Shown: positions 41,517-52,561, numbered from the stretch's first letter. The stretch: 56,729 nt of DNA from Rhodospirillales bacterium (GCA_947457845.1 CANGXM010000001.1:1-56729); one strand, 5' to 3'. A program made the numbers and translations. Notes: generated from the sequence alone by a model not told the origin.

Positions 41517-43580
41517 TCACTCCGCGGCCATGCCGACCGGTCGCTTGCCGGCGAGCAGTTCGTCCGTGCAGCGCGCCATGGTCACCGAGGCGCGGCTGAT
41601 CGGATCGGTCATGTAGTAGTTCGCGACCGGCGAGGCGAAGGGCGCCGCATCGACCGCCCCGTCCCCGCCGAACGGCACCCATTCGGCCGGCGACAGGCGG
41701 TCGACCGCCCGGAACACCGGGCTCGCCTCGGCGAGGCGCCGGCGCAGCTGCTGAAGCGTGTCGTAGGGAAGCCGCACACCGAGCACCTCGGACAGCGCCC
41801 GGACGATCTTCCAGTCCTCGCGGGCCTCGCCAACCGGGAAGGCGGCCATTCGGGCGTGCTGGGCCCGGCCCTCGGTGTTGACGTAGGTCGCGTTCTTCTC
41901 GGTGTAGGCGGCGCCGGGCAGGATCACGTCGGCCCGATGGGCGCCCCGGTCGCCGTGGTGGCCCTGGTAGATCACGAAGGCCTTGCCCAGCGTCTCGGCC
42001 GGGATCTCGTCGGCGCCCAGCAGATAGACGACCTCCACGTCGCCCGACGCGCACCCGTCGAGGATGCCGTGGACGTCGCGACCGCCCGGACCCGGCAGGA
42101 AGCCGACCTCCAGCGCGCCGACGCGACCGGCGGCCGTGTGGAGCAGGTTGAAGCCGTTCCAGTCCTCGCGGACCATCGCGAACGCCTCGGCCACCCTGCG
42201 CGCGAGGCCGTGGACCGCGAGGCCGTCCGGCCGCGCCACGGCGCCGGTGCCGAGGATCAGCATCGGAGTCTTCGCCCCGCGCAGGACCTCTGCGAACGGA
42301 TGCGACCCCTCGGCCAGCGCGGCGAGCGTCGCGGGATCGGTGCCGAGATGGGTCGCGGGATAGGTGTGGTCGCGCGCCTCCCCGATCACGCCGACCTTCA
42401 GGGCGCCCAGCAGGTAGCGCTTGCGGATGCGGGCGTTGACGAGCGGCGCCTCCCAGCGCGGATGGGTGCCGACGAGGAGGATCACGTCGGCCTTCTCGAT
42501 GCCGGCGATGCCCGTGTTGAACCGCCAGCCCGCTGGCGCCGACACGTCGAACCGCGCCCCGTCCTGCCGGCAATCGAGATTGGCGGAGCCGAGGGCACCC
42601 ATCAGGTCCTTCAGCGCCAGCGTCGCCTCGACGTCGACGAGATCGCCGGCGATGGCCGCCACCTTGGTCCCGGCCACCCCTTCGAGGCGGGCGCGGATCG
42701 CGTTGAACGCCTCGGCCCAGGTCACCGCCCGCAGCGTCCCGTCGATCCGGACGTAGGGGCGATCGAGACGCTGGCGCTTCAGGCCGTCGTAGGCGTAACG
42801 CGACTTGTCGGCCAGCCACTCCTCGTTCACGTCCTCGTTCAGACGCGGCTCGATCCGCAGGACCTCGGCCCCGCGGCTGTCGATCCGGATGTTCGAGCCG
42901 ACGGCGTCGAGCACGTCGATGCTCTCCGTCTTGCGCAGCTCCCACGGCCGGGCCGTGAACGCATAGGGCTTGTGGGTCAGGGCCCCCACCGGGCAGACGT
43001 CCGCGAGGTTGCCGGACAGCTCCGAGGCGATGCCCTTCTCGATGAAGTTGGTGATCTCCATGTGCTCGCCGCGACCCACCGCGCCGAGTTCGGGAACGCC
43101 CGCGATCTCGTCCATGAAGCGGATGCAGCGGGTGCAGTGGATGCACCGGGTCATGATCGTCTTGATCAGCGGACCCATGTTCTTGTCCTTCACCGCGCGC
43201 TTGGCCTCGGTGTAGCGGCCGCGGTCGAACCCGTAGGCCATCGCCTGGTCCTGCAGGTCGCACTCGCCGCCCTGGTCGCAGATCGGGCAGTCTAGCGGAT
43301 GGTTGATCAGCAGGAACTCCATCACGCCGCGGCGTGCCTTGTGGACCGTCTCCGTGTTGGTCCGGATCACCATGCCGTCGCCGGCGGGCATCGCGCACGA
43401 CGCGATCGGCTTCGGCGCCTTCTCCATTTCCACGAGGCACATGCGGCAGTTGGCCGGAACCGACAGGCGCTCGTGGTAGCAGAACCGCGGCACCTCGATG
43501 CCGAGCTGCTCGCACGCCTGCAGCACGGAGGTGCCGGGCGCCACCTCGATTTCCAGTCCGTCGATGGTCAGCTTCGGCAT
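41517..43580 (-). CDS. nuoG: NADH-quinone oxidoreductase subunit G
   Basis: 687 aa starting [13 protein letters not shown], with N-terminal 2Fe-2S and 4Fe-4S cysteine clusters. Confidence 0.94.
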   Translation of the reverse strand: MPKLTIDGLEIEVAPGTSVLQACEQLGIEVPRFCYHERLSVPANCRMCLVEMEKAPKPIASCAMPAGDGMVIRTNTETVHKARRGVMEFLLINHPLDCPICDQGGECDLQDQAMAYGFDRGRYTEAKRAVKDKNMGPLIKTIMTRCIHCTRCIRFMDEIAGVPELGAVGRGEHMEITNFIEKGIASELSGNLADVCPVGALTHKPYAFTARPWELRKTESIDVLDAVGSNIRIDSRGAEVLRIEPRLNEDVNEEWLADKSRYAYDGLKRQRLDRPYVRIDGTLRAVTWAEAFNAIRARLEGVAGTKVAAIAGDLVDVEATLALKDLMGALGSANLDCRQDGARFDVSAPAGWRFNTGIAGIEKADVILLVGTHPRWEAPLVNARIRKRYLLGALKVGVIGEARDHTYPATHLGTDPATLAALAEGSHPFAEVLRGAKTPMLILGTGAVARPDGLAVHGLARRVAEAFAMVREDWNGFNLLHTAAGRVGALEVGFLPGPGGRDVHGILDGCASGDVEVVYLLGADEIPAETLGKAFVIYQGHHGDRGAHRADVILPGAAYTEKNATYVNTEGRAQHARMAAFPVGEAREDWKIVRALSEVLGVRLPYDTLQQLRRRLAEASPVFRAVDRLSPAEWVPFGGDGAVDAAPFASPVANYYMTDPISRASVTMARCTDELLAGKRPVGMAAE

Positions 43581-43583
43581 CGG

Positions 43584-44081
43584 TCAATCCACGGGGAAGT
43601 GCGGGTTCGACGGAAACCAGTCGAACGCGCGGATCTGGTCGAGCGTGTAGGGGCAGGTCTCGGGCAGGTCGGCGAGGGAGAGGCCGTCACGGGCGAGACC
43701 GAAGGCGGCAAGTCGACGCCCGTCCTGATACGCACCGTCGACGACGTCGGGAAGCCGTGACCGAAGCGCGGGGTTCTTCTTCAGCCGACGCTCCAGGCGC
43801 GCCCGCTGGTGGACGACTTCGGACGCCCAGTGGTTCCGCGGGTCGTTCGCGGGGGAGTGACCCAGCTTGAGCAGATGCTCGAGGATGTTCGCCAGATGGC
43901 TCTCGATCGCGTGCGCCTGCTCGTTGCCCAAGCTCTCGATCTCCTCCGCGACGTTCGCCCAGTCGACTGCGTTCGACCCGCCGCGCGCAGCCTCGCCGCG
44001 CAGGGCGGACGCCTGCTGCATCGCCCAGGCGTAGACGTCCGTGTCATAGAGGGACCGGGTGTCCACGGGTTCGAGCCTCAC
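43584..44081 (-). CDS. DUF29 family protein inserted in the nuo operon
   Basis: 165 aa. [18 protein letters not shown]...[35 protein letters not shown] matches my recollection of the DUF29 pattern. The GTG overlaps the nuoF stop (GTGA), and the stop lies 3 nt before the nuoG ATG. Codon usage looks native. Confidence 0.7.
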   Translation of the reverse strand: MRLEPVDTRSLYDTDVYAWAMQQASALRGEAARGGSNAVDWANVAEEIESLGNEQAHAIESHLANILEHLLKLGHSPANDPRNHWASEVVHQRARLERRLKKNPALRSRLPDVVDGAYQDGRRLAAFGLARDGLSLADLPETCPYTLDQIRAFDWFPSNPHFPVD

Positions 44082-45367
44082 TCAGCCGCGAGCTTCTGGG
44101 TGCGGTAACCGATGAGCCGCTTCTCCACCTCGGGGCGGAAGTGCCGGAACAGGCCCTGGATCGGCCAGGCCGCAGCGTCGCCGTGGGCGCAGATCGTGTG
44201 GCCCTCGATCTCCTTGGACACGTCGAGGAGCATGTCGATCTCCTCCACGCGCGCATCGCCGCGGGCCATGCGGTCCATCATGCGCATCATCCAGCCGGTG
44301 CCCTCGCGGCAGGGCGTGCACTGGCCGCAGCTCTCGTGCGCATAGAACCGCGCGAGCCGCGCGATCGCCTTCACGAGGTCGGTCGACTTGTCCATCACGA
44401 TGATCGCCGCCGTGCCGAGGCCCGAGCGGACCTCCCGCAGGCTGTCGAAGTCCATCAGGACGGTGTCGCAGATCCCGCGCGGGAGCATCGGCGTCGAGGA
44501 CCCGCCGGGGATCACCGCCAGCAGGTTGTCCCACCCGCCCCGCACGCCGCCGGCGTGCTTCTCGATGATCTCCTTCAGCGGGATCCCCATCTCCTCTTCC
44601 ACGTTGCACGGGTTGTTCACGTGCCCGGAGATGCAGAAGACCTTGGTCCCGCTGTTCTTCGGCCGGCCGAGGCCAGCGAACCACGAGGCGCCGCGACGCA
44701 GGATGGTCGGGACGACGGCGATCGTCTCGACGTTGTTCACAGTGGTCGGACAGCTGTAGAGGCCCGCCTGCGCCGGAAACGGCGGCTTGTTGCGCGGCTG
44801 GCCCTTCTTGCCCTCCAGCGACTCGATCAGCGCCGTCTCCTCGCCGCAGATGTAGGCGCCGGCGCCACGGTGCAGGTAGATGTCGATGTCGAAGCCCGAC
44901 CCGCAGGCGTTCTTCCCCACGAGGCCGGCGTCGTAGGCCTCGTCGATCGCCCGCTGGACGTTCGACGCCTCGTGATAGAACTCGCCGCGGATGTAGATGT
45001 AGACCGCCGTCACGTTCATCGCGAAGCCGGCGATCACGCAGCCCTCGACCAGCTTGTGCGGGTCGTGGCGCATGATGTCCCGGTCCTTGCAGGTCCCGGG
45101 CTCGCCCTCGTCGGCGTTGACCACCAGATAGGCCGGGCGGCCGGGCGGCCGCTCCTTCGGCATGAAGGACCACTTCAGGCCGGTCGCGAAGCCGGCTCCA
45201 CCGCGGCCGCGGAGGCCTGAATCCTTCACCATCGTGATGATCGCGTCGCGGCCCAGCGCGATCAGATCCTTCGTCCCGTCCCAGTCGCCACGGGTGCGGG
45301 CCGCTTCCAGGAAGGGGCTCTCCCACCCGTAGAGGTTCGTGAAGATCCGGTCCTCGTCGCGCAGCAT
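44078..45367 (-). CDS. nuoF: NADH-quinone oxidoreductase subunit F
   Basis: The internal ATG at 45367 gives [24 protein letters not shown], the FMN/NADH site and the [12 protein letters not shown] 4Fe-4S motif are present. Confidence 0.94.
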   Translation of the reverse strand: MLRDEDRIFTNLYGWESPFLEAARTRGDWDGTKDLIALGRDAIITMVKDSGLRGRGGAGFATGLKWSFMPKERPPGRPAYLVVNADEGEPGTCKDRDIMRHDPHKLVEGCVIAGFAMNVTAVYIYIRGEFYHEASNVQRAIDEAYDAGLVGKNACGSGFDIDIYLHRGAGAYICGEETALIESLEGKKGQPRNKPPFPAQAGLYSCPTTVNNVETIAVVPTILRRGASWFAGLGRPKNSGTKVFCISGHVNNPCNVEEEMGIPLKEIIEKHAGGVRGGWDNLLAVIPGGSSTPMLPRGICDTVLMDFDSLREVRSGLGTAAIIVMDKSTDLVKAIARLARFYAHESCGQCTPCREGTGWMMRMMDRMARGDARVEEIDMLLDVSKEIEGHTICAHGDAAAWPIQGLFRHFRPEVEKRLIGYRTQKLAAE

Positions 45368-45378
45368 TCCCTGCTCCC

Positions 45379-46014
45379 TCAGCGACCCGTCTTCGGGGCG
45401 ATCCCGGCCGTTTCGGCCCTGTCCAGCAACGTCGTCGGCCCGGGGGCCGGCATGGAGGTGCGACGGCCCGTCTGCGATCCCGGCGCTGGACGCTCGCCGC
45501 GCACCAGCGCGTCGAGGATCGCCTCGGTCCGCTCCGCCGTCAGGTCCTCGTAGTAGTCGTCGCCGACCTGCATCATCGGCGCGTTGACGCACGCGCCGAG
45601 GCATTCGACCTCGATCACGGTGAACCGGCCGTCCGCCGTCGTCTCGCCGAGGTGGATGCCGAGCTTGCGCTCGCACGCCGCCACGATCTCGTCCGAACCG
45701 CGCAACCAGCACGGCGTCGTCGTGCAGATCTGCACGAAATGCTCGCCGACCGGCTTCAGGTTGAACATCGTGTAGAAGGTCGCGACCTCGTACACGCGAA
45801 TGCGCGGCATCCCGAGCATCTCGGACACGTGGTCCATCGCCGCGCACGGCAGCCAGTTGCCGCACTGGCGCTGGGCGATGTCGAGGAGCGGGATGACCGC
45901 GCTCGCCTGCCGGCCCTCGGGATACTTCGCGATGATGGTCTTCGCCCGAACGAGGTTCTCGTCCGAGAAGGCGAAGGTCGCCGGACCGGCGACGTCTGCG
46001 GCCGGCGCGCTCAC
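45379..46014 (-). CDS. nuoE: NADH-quinone oxidoreductase subunit E
   Basis: The GTG at 46014 overlaps the nuoD stop (GTGA). The 2Fe-2S cysteines are present ([10 protein letters not shown]...CLGAC). The C-terminal tail is Pro/Gly-rich. Confidence 0.88.
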   Translation of the reverse strand: MSAPAADVAGPATFAFSDENLVRAKTIIAKYPEGRQASAVIPLLDIAQRQCGNWLPCAAMDHVSEMLGMPRIRVYEVATFYTMFNLKPVGEHFVQICTTTPCWLRGSDEIVAACERKLGIHLGETTADGRFTVIEVECLGACVNAPMMQVGDDYYEDLTAERTEAILDALVRGERPAPGSQTGRRTSMPAPGPTTLLDRAETAGIAPKTGR

Positions 46015-47231
46015 CGGTCGATCTCCCCGAACACGATGTCCATCGATCCAATGATGGCGACGGCGTCCGCCAGCATGTGCCCCTTGCCCATGAAATCCAT
46101 CGCCTGCAGGTGCGCGAAACCGGGAGACCGGATCTTGCACCGGTAGGGCTTGTTGGAGCCGTCGGACACGAGATACACGGCGAACTCGCCCTTCGGCGCC
46201 TCCGTCGCGGTATAGGTCTCGCCCGGCGGAACGTGATAGCCCTCGGTATAGAGCTTGAAGTGGTGGATGAGCGCCTCCATCGAGCGCTTCATCTCGCCGC
46301 GGGGTGGCGGGGACACCTTGCGGTCGTTCACCATCACCGGACCGTCGGTCACGGCCAGCTTGTCGAGCGCCTGGAGGATGATGCGCGTCGACTGCCGCAT
46401 CTCCTCGACCCGGACCAGATAGCGTGCGTAGCAGTCGCCCGTGAGGCCGACGGGGACGTCGAAATCGAACTCGTCGTACCGGTCATAGGGCTGCGACTTG
46501 CGCAGGTCCCAGGCGACGTTCGATCCGCGCAGCATCGGGCCCGAGAAGCCCCAGTCGAGCGCGTCCTCGCTCGACACGATCCCGACGTCGACCAGCCGCT
46601 GCTTGAAGATGCGGTTGTTCGTCAGGAGGCCTTCGAGGTCGTCGACGAACCTCGGGAACGTCCGGAAATAGGCGCGCAGGTCGTCGGCGAGGCCGGCCGG
46701 CAGGTCCTGGTGGACGCCGCCCGGGCGGAAATAGTTGGAATGGAGCCGGGCGCCCGACACCCGCTCGTAGAAGTCCATCAGCTTCTCACGCTCCTGGAAG
46801 CCCCAGAGCGACGGGGTGATGGCGCCGACGTCGAGCGCGAAGGTGGTGAGCGTCAGCAGATGGTTGAGGACGCGGGTGACCTCGGCGAACAGCACGCGGA
46901 TGTACTGCGCCCGCTTGGGCGCCGTCACGCCGAGAAGTTTCTCCACCGCGAGGGCGAAGGTGTGCTCCATGCACATCGGCGACACGTAGTCGAGGCGGTC
47001 GAAGTACGGGACCGCCTGCATGTAGGTCTTGTACTCGATCAGCTTCTCGGTCCCGCGGTGCAGCAGGCCGATGTGCGGGTCGGCGCGCTCGACCACCTCG
47101 CCGTCCATCTCGAGGACGAGGCGCAGGACGCCGTGGGCCGCCGGATGCTGCGGCCCGAAATTCATCGTGTAGGGCTTGATCTGATGTTCGGGCGCAGTCG
47201 TCGTGCCCGTCGTCGTCGCCGGCAACGTCAT
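46011..47231 (-). CDS. nuoD: NADH-quinone oxidoreductase subunit D
   Basis: The internal ATG at 47231 precedes [15 protein letters not shown] and HRGTEKL, and the product ends DIVFGEIDR. Confidence 0.93.
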   Translation of the reverse strand: MTLPATTTGTTTAPEHQIKPYTMNFGPQHPAAHGVLRLVLEMDGEVVERADPHIGLLHRGTEKLIEYKTYMQAVPYFDRLDYVSPMCMEHTFALAVEKLLGVTAPKRAQYIRVLFAEVTRVLNHLLTLTTFALDVGAITPSLWGFQEREKLMDFYERVSGARLHSNYFRPGGVHQDLPAGLADDLRAYFRTFPRFVDDLEGLLTNNRIFKQRLVDVGIVSSEDALDWGFSGPMLRGSNVAWDLRKSQPYDRYDEFDFDVPVGLTGDCYARYLVRVEEMRQSTRIILQALDKLAVTDGPVMVNDRKVSPPPRGEMKRSMEALIHHFKLYTEGYHVPPGETYTATEAPKGEFAVYLVSDGSNKPYRCKIRSPGFAHLQAMDFMGKGHMLADAVAIIGSMDIVFGEIDR

Positions 47232-47236
47232 CCGCG

Positions 47237-47905
47237 TCAGCTCCCCTTGCCGGCGGCCGGCATGCCGATCGGCGTACGCCGGGCCTTCTCGTCGCCGGGC
47301 AGTTCCTGCATCGCCGTCATCCCCTCCCAGGGCGACAGGAAGTCGAAGGTCCGGAAGTCCTGAGTGAGGCGCACCGGTTCGTAGACCACGCGCTTCTGCT
47401 CGTCGTCCCAGCGCACCTCGACATAGCCGGTCAGCGGGAAGTCCTTGCGCAGCGGATGCCCCTCGAACCCGTAATCGGTGAGGATACGCCGCAGGTCCGG
47501 ATGCCCGGAGAAATAGATGCCGTAGAGATCCCAGGCTTCGCGCTCGAACCAGCCGGCGGCGCTCCAAACGCCCGTGACCGAAGGAACCGGATGGTCCTCG
47601 TCGGTCGCGACCTTGACGCGGACCCGCTGGTTCAGGGACAGGCTGAGGAGGTTGTAGACGACCTCGAACCGCTCGGCACGCCCCGGATAGTCGACGCCGG
47701 CGATGTCCATCAGCTGCTTGAACCGGCAGCCCGCGTCGTCGCGGAGCGCCGACATCGCCTCGACGAGCATGTCGCGTGCAACGTGGACGACGAGTTCGCC
47801 CGCGAGCATCTCGGCTTCGACCAGGATGTCGCCGAGCGCGGCGCGGACGCGATCGGCGAGGTCGTCCGTCCCCGCGTCCGCCGGCATCTGTGCCTGTTCC
47901 GTCAT
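47237..47905 (-). CDS. nuoC: NADH-quinone oxidoreductase subunit C
   Basis: The internal ATG at 47905 precedes [23 protein letters not shown] and [12 protein letters not shown]. Confidence 0.92.
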   Translation of the reverse strand: MTEQAQMPADAGTDDLADRVRAALGDILVEAEMLAGELVVHVARDMLVEAMSALRDDAGCRFKQLMDIAGVDYPGRAERFEVVYNLLSLSLNQRVRVKVATDEDHPVPSVTGVWSAAGWFEREAWDLYGIYFSGHPDLRRILTDYGFEGHPLRKDFPLTGYVEVRWDDEQKRVVYEPVRLTQDFRTFDFLSPWEGMTAMQELPGDEKARRTPIGMPAAGKGS

Positions 47906-47916
47906 GACCGTTCCGC

Positions 47917-48504
47917 TCAATCCCGCACGAGGCGGTTGCCGCGCCGGATCTTCCTCTGCAGCTGCATGATCCCGTAGACCAGCGCCTCGGCCGTCGGCGG
48001 GCAGCCCGGCACGTAGACGTCGACGGGAACGATGCGGTCGCAGCCGCGGACCACCGAGTAGGAATAGTGGTAGTAGCCGCCGCCGTTGGCGCAGCTGCCC
48101 ATGCTGATCACCCAGCGCGGCTCGGCCATCTGGTCGTAGACCTTGCGCAGCGCGGGGGCCATCTTGTTGGTCAGCGTGCCGGCGACGATCATCACGTCCG
48201 ACTGGCGCGGACTGGGCCGCGGGAAAATGCCGAAACGGTCGAGATCGTAACGCGCCATGTAGGCGTGGATCATCTCGACCGCACAGCACGCGAGACCGAA
48301 GGTCATCGGCCAGAGCGAGCCGGTGCGCGCCCAGTCGAGCAGCTTGTCCAGTTGCGCCACGACGAACCCCTTGTCGTCGATCTCCGCGGTGACGTGGCGG
48401 AGATAGGCGTCCTGCGCGGGCCCCGGCGGCAGCGGCCGGGCGTCCCCGACGACGGGCGGCGTCGCGAGCGCGACGGCGTCCGTGCGGCCGACGTCTACTC
48501 CCAT
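47917..48504 (-). CDS. nuoB: NADH-quinone oxidoreductase subunit B
   Basis: The internal ATG at 48504 precedes [16 protein letters not shown] and GCPP motifs. Confidence 0.92.
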   Translation of the reverse strand: MGVDVGRTDAVALATPPVVGDARPLPPGPAQDAYLRHVTAEIDDKGFVVAQLDKLLDWARTGSLWPMTFGLACCAVEMIHAYMARYDLDRFGIFPRPSPRQSDVMIVAGTLTNKMAPALRKVYDQMAEPRWVISMGSCANGGGYYHYSYSVVRGCDRIVPVDVYVPGCPPTAEALVYGIMQLQRKIRRGNRLVRD

Positions 48505-48863
48505 TCCAGCGCTCCCTTCTTCCACTCGTACACGAATCCGATGGTCAGGATGCCGAGGAACACGACCATCGACCAGAACCCGAACATGCCGATGTCGCCC
48601 AGCGCGACCGCCCAGGGGAACAGGAACGCCACCTCGAGGTCGAAGATGATGAAGAGGATGGCAACCAGGTAGAAGCGGACGTCGAACTTGCGGCGCGCGT
48701 CCTCGAACGGCTCGAACCCGCATTCGTAGGCGGACAGCTTCTCGCTGTCCGGCTTCTGTTGCGCGAGGACGAAGGACAGGCCGACGGCCGCGCCCGACAC
48801 GACCAAGGCGATCCCGAGAAAGATGAGGATCGGGAGATACTCGGACACCAGCGGGCTGAACAT
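48495..48863 (-). CDS. nuoA: NADH-quinone oxidoreductase subunit A
   Basis: 122 aa with three TM helices and the YECGFEPF motif. It is the first gene of the operon. Confidence 0.92.
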   Translation of the reverse strand: MFSPLVSEYLPILIFLGIALVVSGAAVGLSFVLAQQKPDSEKLSAYECGFEPFEDARRKFDVRFYLVAILFIIFDLEVAFLFPWAVALGDIGMFGFWSMVVFLGILTIGFVYEWKKGALEWE

Positions 48864-49065
48864 GCCGTCACCTCATGCCGGTCGGGCGGAGCAATCCCGT
48901 CCCTCGGGTCCGCAGGCGGCGCACACCGAACGTCCTGACGGGGTTCGCCGACCGGGTGTCCCAGTATAGGTCACACCCCCGGACGATGGAAGGCCCAAGG
49001 CGAATTCGCCGCATATGCGAACGATCCGCAAGCCGTTGTCCGGAAATGGTTTCTTCAAGGGAAAT

Positions 49066-49142
<77 letters not shown>

Positions 49143-49193
49143 ATTCCGCTTCGCAACCGGTCAGCCCGTGGCCGCCGCCGCGAAGAGAGCCGC

Positions 49194-49222
49194 TGTTTAT
49201 CGGAGCGGTATCACCCTGTCAA
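49194..49222 (-). promoter_or_regulatory. Candidate sigma-70 promoter for tRNA-Asp
   Basis: The - strand reads TTGACA-N17-TAAACA about 50 nt upstream of the tRNA 5' end. Confidence 0.45.
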
Positions 49223-49267
49223 CGATCGAAATCGGGGATCGCGACGGGACCGCGCCGAGCGTTCCGG

Positions 49268-49489
49268 TCAGGCGGCGTGGATCTTCCGGCGGAGCGCGTC
49301 CACCCCGTCGAACAGCGCCACGACCTCGTCCGTCACGTCGCGCCGCTCCACCGCGTCGACGCCGCCGAAGGCGGTCAGCGACTCCTCCAGCGCCCGCAGC
49401 AGATGCTCCGCCGAGGCCAGGCGCTCCTGTTCGATGGCGAGCTCCAGCGCGGGCACGATGAGATCGCTGAGACGGCGCCTGTCGGTCAT
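49268..49489 (-). CDS. Hypothetical 73-aa acidic, predicted helical protein
   Basis: GGAGGAG lies 5 nt upstream of the ATG. Third-position GC is strong throughout. Sequence: MTDRRRLSDLIVPALELAIEQERLASAEHLLRALEESL... I recognise no family. Confidence 0.6.
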   Translation of the reverse strand: MTDRRRLSDLIVPALELAIEQERLASAEHLLRALEESLTAFGGVDAVERRDVTDEVVALFDGVDALRRKIHAA

Positions 49490-49538
49490 GGTGTCTCCTC
49501 CGGATGGGGACGTGCTTGCCGGCCGCGCTGGCCGGTCC

Positions 49539-49613
49539 TGGTGGGCGATGACGGGATCGAACCGCCGACCCTCTCGGTGTAAACGAGACGCTCTACCGCT
49601 GAGCTAATCGCCC
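49539..49613 (-). tRNA. tRNA-Val (anticodon TAC)
   Basis: The reverse complement is GGGCGATTAGCTCAGCGGTAGAGC...TCTCG-TTTACAC-CGAGA...GGTTCGATCC...ATCGCCCACCA. Confidence 0.93.
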
Positions 49614-49624
49614 GGCCCGCCGCC

Positions 49625-49653
49625 ATCTTCGGGGATGGCACGTCGGCTGACAA
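49625..49653 (-). promoter_or_regulatory. Weak candidate promoter for tRNA-Val
   Basis: The - strand reads TTGTCA-N17-GAAGAT, ending about 11 nt before the tRNA 5' end. Confidence 0.3.
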
Positions 49654-49672
49654 GTCATGACCACGAACGAGT

Positions 49673-49702
49673 CCGGCCGCCCCATTGTGCGGGGGCGGCC
49701 GG
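49673..49702 (-). terminator. GC-rich stem-loop downstream of hupB (terminator-like)
   Basis: An 11-bp stem, CCGGCCGCCCC / GGGGCGGCCGG, has an 8-nt loop. On the - strand it is followed by ACUCGUUCGUGG, a weak U-tract. Confidence 0.5.
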
Positions 49703-49728
49703 CGATCGAACGACCAGTGAGCGGACGA

Positions 49729-50001
49729 TCAGTTCAGATCGTCCTTGAGGGTCTTGCCGGGCTTGAACTTCGGCTGATTGGAAGCCGGGATCTTGATCTT
49801 CTCGCCCGTGCGGGGGTTGCGACCCTCGGACGCCTCGCGCGAGACAACGGTGAAGGTACCGAAACCGACGAGACGAACGTCGTTACCCGACTTCAGCGAC
49901 GACGTGATTCCGTCGAGAACGGCGTCGACCGCCTTGTCCGCCTGCGCCTTGGTCAGCCCAGCCGCGTCGGCGACGTGCGCCACGAGTTCATTCTTGTTCA
50001 C
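49729..50001 (-). CDS. hupB: Nucleoid-associated DNA-binding protein HU
   Basis: 90 aa with MNKNELVAHVA...GFGTF...RNPRTGE...K. Confidence 0.93.
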   Translation of the reverse strand: MNKNELVAHVADAAGLTKAQADKAVDAVLDGITSSLKSGNDVRLVGFGTFTVVSREASEGRNPRTGEKIKIPASNQPKFKPGKTLKDDLN

Positions 50002-50152
50002 CTATTCTGCCCCCCCTCTGGCACAGAGACCGGTCGACGTCGTGACCATCGATCACGTTCTCCGACCGCGCGTTAGATCCGGTGGCGCTGCATCCGGCAA
50101 TTGCCGGGTCGTGCCGCGCCGCCCGGACTTTATGCGCGGTCCGCCCGGATTC

Positions 50153-52561
50153 TCAATGCCGAATCACGTCCTCGTGGTCGGATTCCGGCGGCTGTGCGGG
50201 CACCGGGTCCACGTCGGACGGCTCAGTCCACTCCACCGGGGTCAGCGGCTGCACCAGCGCATGACTGAGAACCTCGTCCACGGTACTGACCGGAATGATC
50301 TGAAGACTGCCCTTAACGTTGTCGGGTATTTCCGCCAGGTCCTTTTCGTTGTCCTTCGGAATCAGAACCGTCTTGATGCCGCCGCGGTGGGCCGCCAGCA
50401 GTTTCTCCTTCAGCCCGCCGATGGGGAAGACGCGACCGCGGAGCGTGATCTCGCCCGTCATCGCGACGTCCTTTCTCACCGGTATCCCCGTGAGGACCGA
50501 TACGATGGAGGTGACCATCGCGACTCCGGCGGAAGGCCCGTCCTTCGGCGTCGCCCCCTCGGGCACGTGGACGTGGATGTCCTTGCGACCGATAAGGTTC
50601 TGCCGGATGCCGAAGCTCGCCGCGCGGCTCTTCACGAAGCTCTCGGCCGCCTGGACCGACTCCTTCATCACATCGCCCAGCTTGCCGGTCGTCGTGACGC
50701 GCCCCTTGCCGGGAAGCGTGACGGACTCGATCGACAGCAGTTCGCCGCCGACCTCGGTCCAGGCGAGGCCGGTCGTGACGCCGACCAGATCCTCCAGTTC
50801 CGCCTCGCCGAAGCGGAACTTGCGCACGCCGGCATAGGTGTCGAGGTTCTCGGGCGTGATCTCCAGCCGCTCGATCCCCTTCATGAGGATCTCCTTCACC
50901 GCCTTGCGGCAGAGGTTGGCGATCTCACGCTCGAGGTTCCGGACACCGGCCTCCCGCGTGTAGTAGCGGATGAGGTCGCGCAGCCCGTCGTCGGTGAGGA
51001 CGAACTCGCCGTCCTTGAGCCCGTTCGCCTCGAGCTGCTTGGCGAGCAGGTGCCGCCTCGCGATCTCGATCTTCTCGTCCTCGGTGTAGCCGGCGAGACG
51101 GATGATCTCCATCCGGTCCAGCAGCGGCTGCGGCATGCGCAGCGTGTTGGCCGTGCACACGAACATCACGTCCGAGAGGTCGTAGTCGACCTCGAGGTAA
51201 TGGTCGGCGAAGGTCCCGTTCTGCTCGGGGTCCAGCACCTCGAGCAGGGCGGACGACGGATCGCCGCGCCAGTCCTGACCCAGCTTGTCCACCTCGTCGA
51301 GGAGGAACAGCGGGTTGGACGACTTGGCCTTCTTCATTCCCTGGACGACCTTGCCCGGCATCGAGCCGATGTACGTGCGGCGATGGCCGCGCACCTCCGC
51401 CTCGTCGCGCACGCCGCCCAGCGACATGCGCACGAAGTTACGACCGGTCGCCTTCGCGATCGACTTGCCAAGCGATGTCTTGCCGACGCCGGGCGGGCCG
51501 ACGAGGCAGAGGATCGGCCCCTTCACCTTCTCCTGGCGCTGCTGAACCGCGAGGTACTCGAGGATGCGCTCCTTGACCTTCTCGAGGCCGAAATGGTCCT
51601 CGTTCAGCACGGAATCGGCAAGCTTCAGGTCCTTCTTGACCTTCGTCCGCTGCTTCCAGGGGATCGAGAGCATCCAGTCGAGATAGTTGCGGACGACCGT
51701 CGCCTCGGCCGACATCGGGCTCATCGACCGCAGCTTCTTCACCTCGGCGAGCGCCTTCTCGCGCGCCTCCTTGGAGAGCTTGGTCTTGTTGATGCGCTCC
51801 TCGATCTCCGCGATCTCGTCCTTGCCGTCCTCGGTCTCGCCGAGTTCCTTCTGGATCGCCTTCAGCTGCTCGTTGAGATAGTACTCCCGCTGCGTCTTCT
51901 CCATCTGGCGCTTCACGCGGTTGCGGATGCGCTTCTCGACCTGCAGGACGCCGATCTCGCCTTCCATGAACCCGTAGACGCGCTCCAGGCGCTCGCCGAC
52001 GGCCGCGGTCTCGAGAAGCTGCTGCTTCTCCGCGATCTTCAGCTGGAGGTGGGAGGCGACCGTGTCGGCGAGCTTGGAGGCGTCGTCGATCTGGTTGACC
52101 GAGACGAGGACCTCGGGCGGGATCTTCTTGTTGAGCTTGATGTACTGCTCGAACTGGCTGACCACCGCGCGGCTCAGCGCCTCCAGCTCCTGCTGCTCCC
52201 CGGTCTTCTCGTCGAGCAGGTCGGCGTAGGCCTGGAAGAACTCCTCGTTCTCCGTGAAGTGCGTGATGGTCGCGCGCTTGCCGCCCTCGACCAGGACCTT
52301 CACGGTGCCGTCGGGAAGCTTGAGCAGCTGGAGGACGGTTCCGATCGTCCCGACCTCGAAGATGTCGGCGGGGGCCGGATCGTCCTGCTGGGCGTTCTTC
52401 TGGGTGACGAGGAGGATCTGCTTATCCTCCTTCATGACGTCCTCCAGTGCGCGCACCGACTTCTCGCGCCCGACGAACAGCGGGACGATCATGTGCGGGA
52501 AGACCACGATGTCGCGCAGCGGCAGCACGGGATACAGGTTGCCGCGGGGAACTTGGTGCAT
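50153..52561 (-). CDS. lon: ATP-dependent Lon protease
   Basis: The ATG at 52561 gives [35 protein letters not shown]. Walker A (GPPGVGKTS) and the protease motif (PKDGPSAG) are present. Confidence 0.94.
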   Translation of the reverse strand: MHQVPRGNLYPVLPLRDIVVFPHMIVPLFVGREKSVRALEDVMKEDKQILLVTQKNAQQDDPAPADIFEVGTIGTVLQLLKLPDGTVKVLVEGGKRATITHFTENEEFFQAYADLLDEKTGEQQELEALSRAVVSQFEQYIKLNKKIPPEVLVSVNQIDDASKLADTVASHLQLKIAEKQQLLETAAVGERLERVYGFMEGEIGVLQVEKRIRNRVKRQMEKTQREYYLNEQLKAIQKELGETEDGKDEIAEIEERINKTKLSKEAREKALAEVKKLRSMSPMSAEATVVRNYLDWMLSIPWKQRTKVKKDLKLADSVLNEDHFGLEKVKERILEYLAVQQRQEKVKGPILCLVGPPGVGKTSLGKSIAKATGRNFVRMSLGGVRDEAEVRGHRRTYIGSMPGKVVQGMKKAKSSNPLFLLDEVDKLGQDWRGDPSSALLEVLDPEQNGTFADHYLEVDYDLSDVMFVCTANTLRMPQPLLDRMEIIRLAGYTEDEKIEIARRHLLAKQLEANGLKDGEFVLTDDGLRDLIRYYTREAGVRNLEREIANLCRKAVKEILMKGIERLEITPENLDTYAGVRKFRFGEAELEDLVGVTTGLAWTEVGGELLSIESVTLPGKGRVTTTGKLGDVMKESVQAAESFVKSRAASFGIRQNLIGRKDIHVHVPEGATPKDGPSAGVAMVTSIVSVLTGIPVRKDVAMTGEITLRGRVFPIGGLKEKLLAAHRGGIKTVLIPKDNEKDLAEIPDNVKGSLQIIPVSTVDEVLSHALVQPLTPVEWTEPSDVDPVPAQPPESDHEDVIRH

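Noticed and set aside
48999-49019. Adjacent EcoRI (GAATTC) and NdeI (CATATG) sites upstream of nuoA, which look like a cloning scar or polylinker.
   Set aside because: The flanks are native-looking, the palindromes extend beyond the hexamers, and there is no vector-like sequence. I treat them as natural palindromes (see findings).
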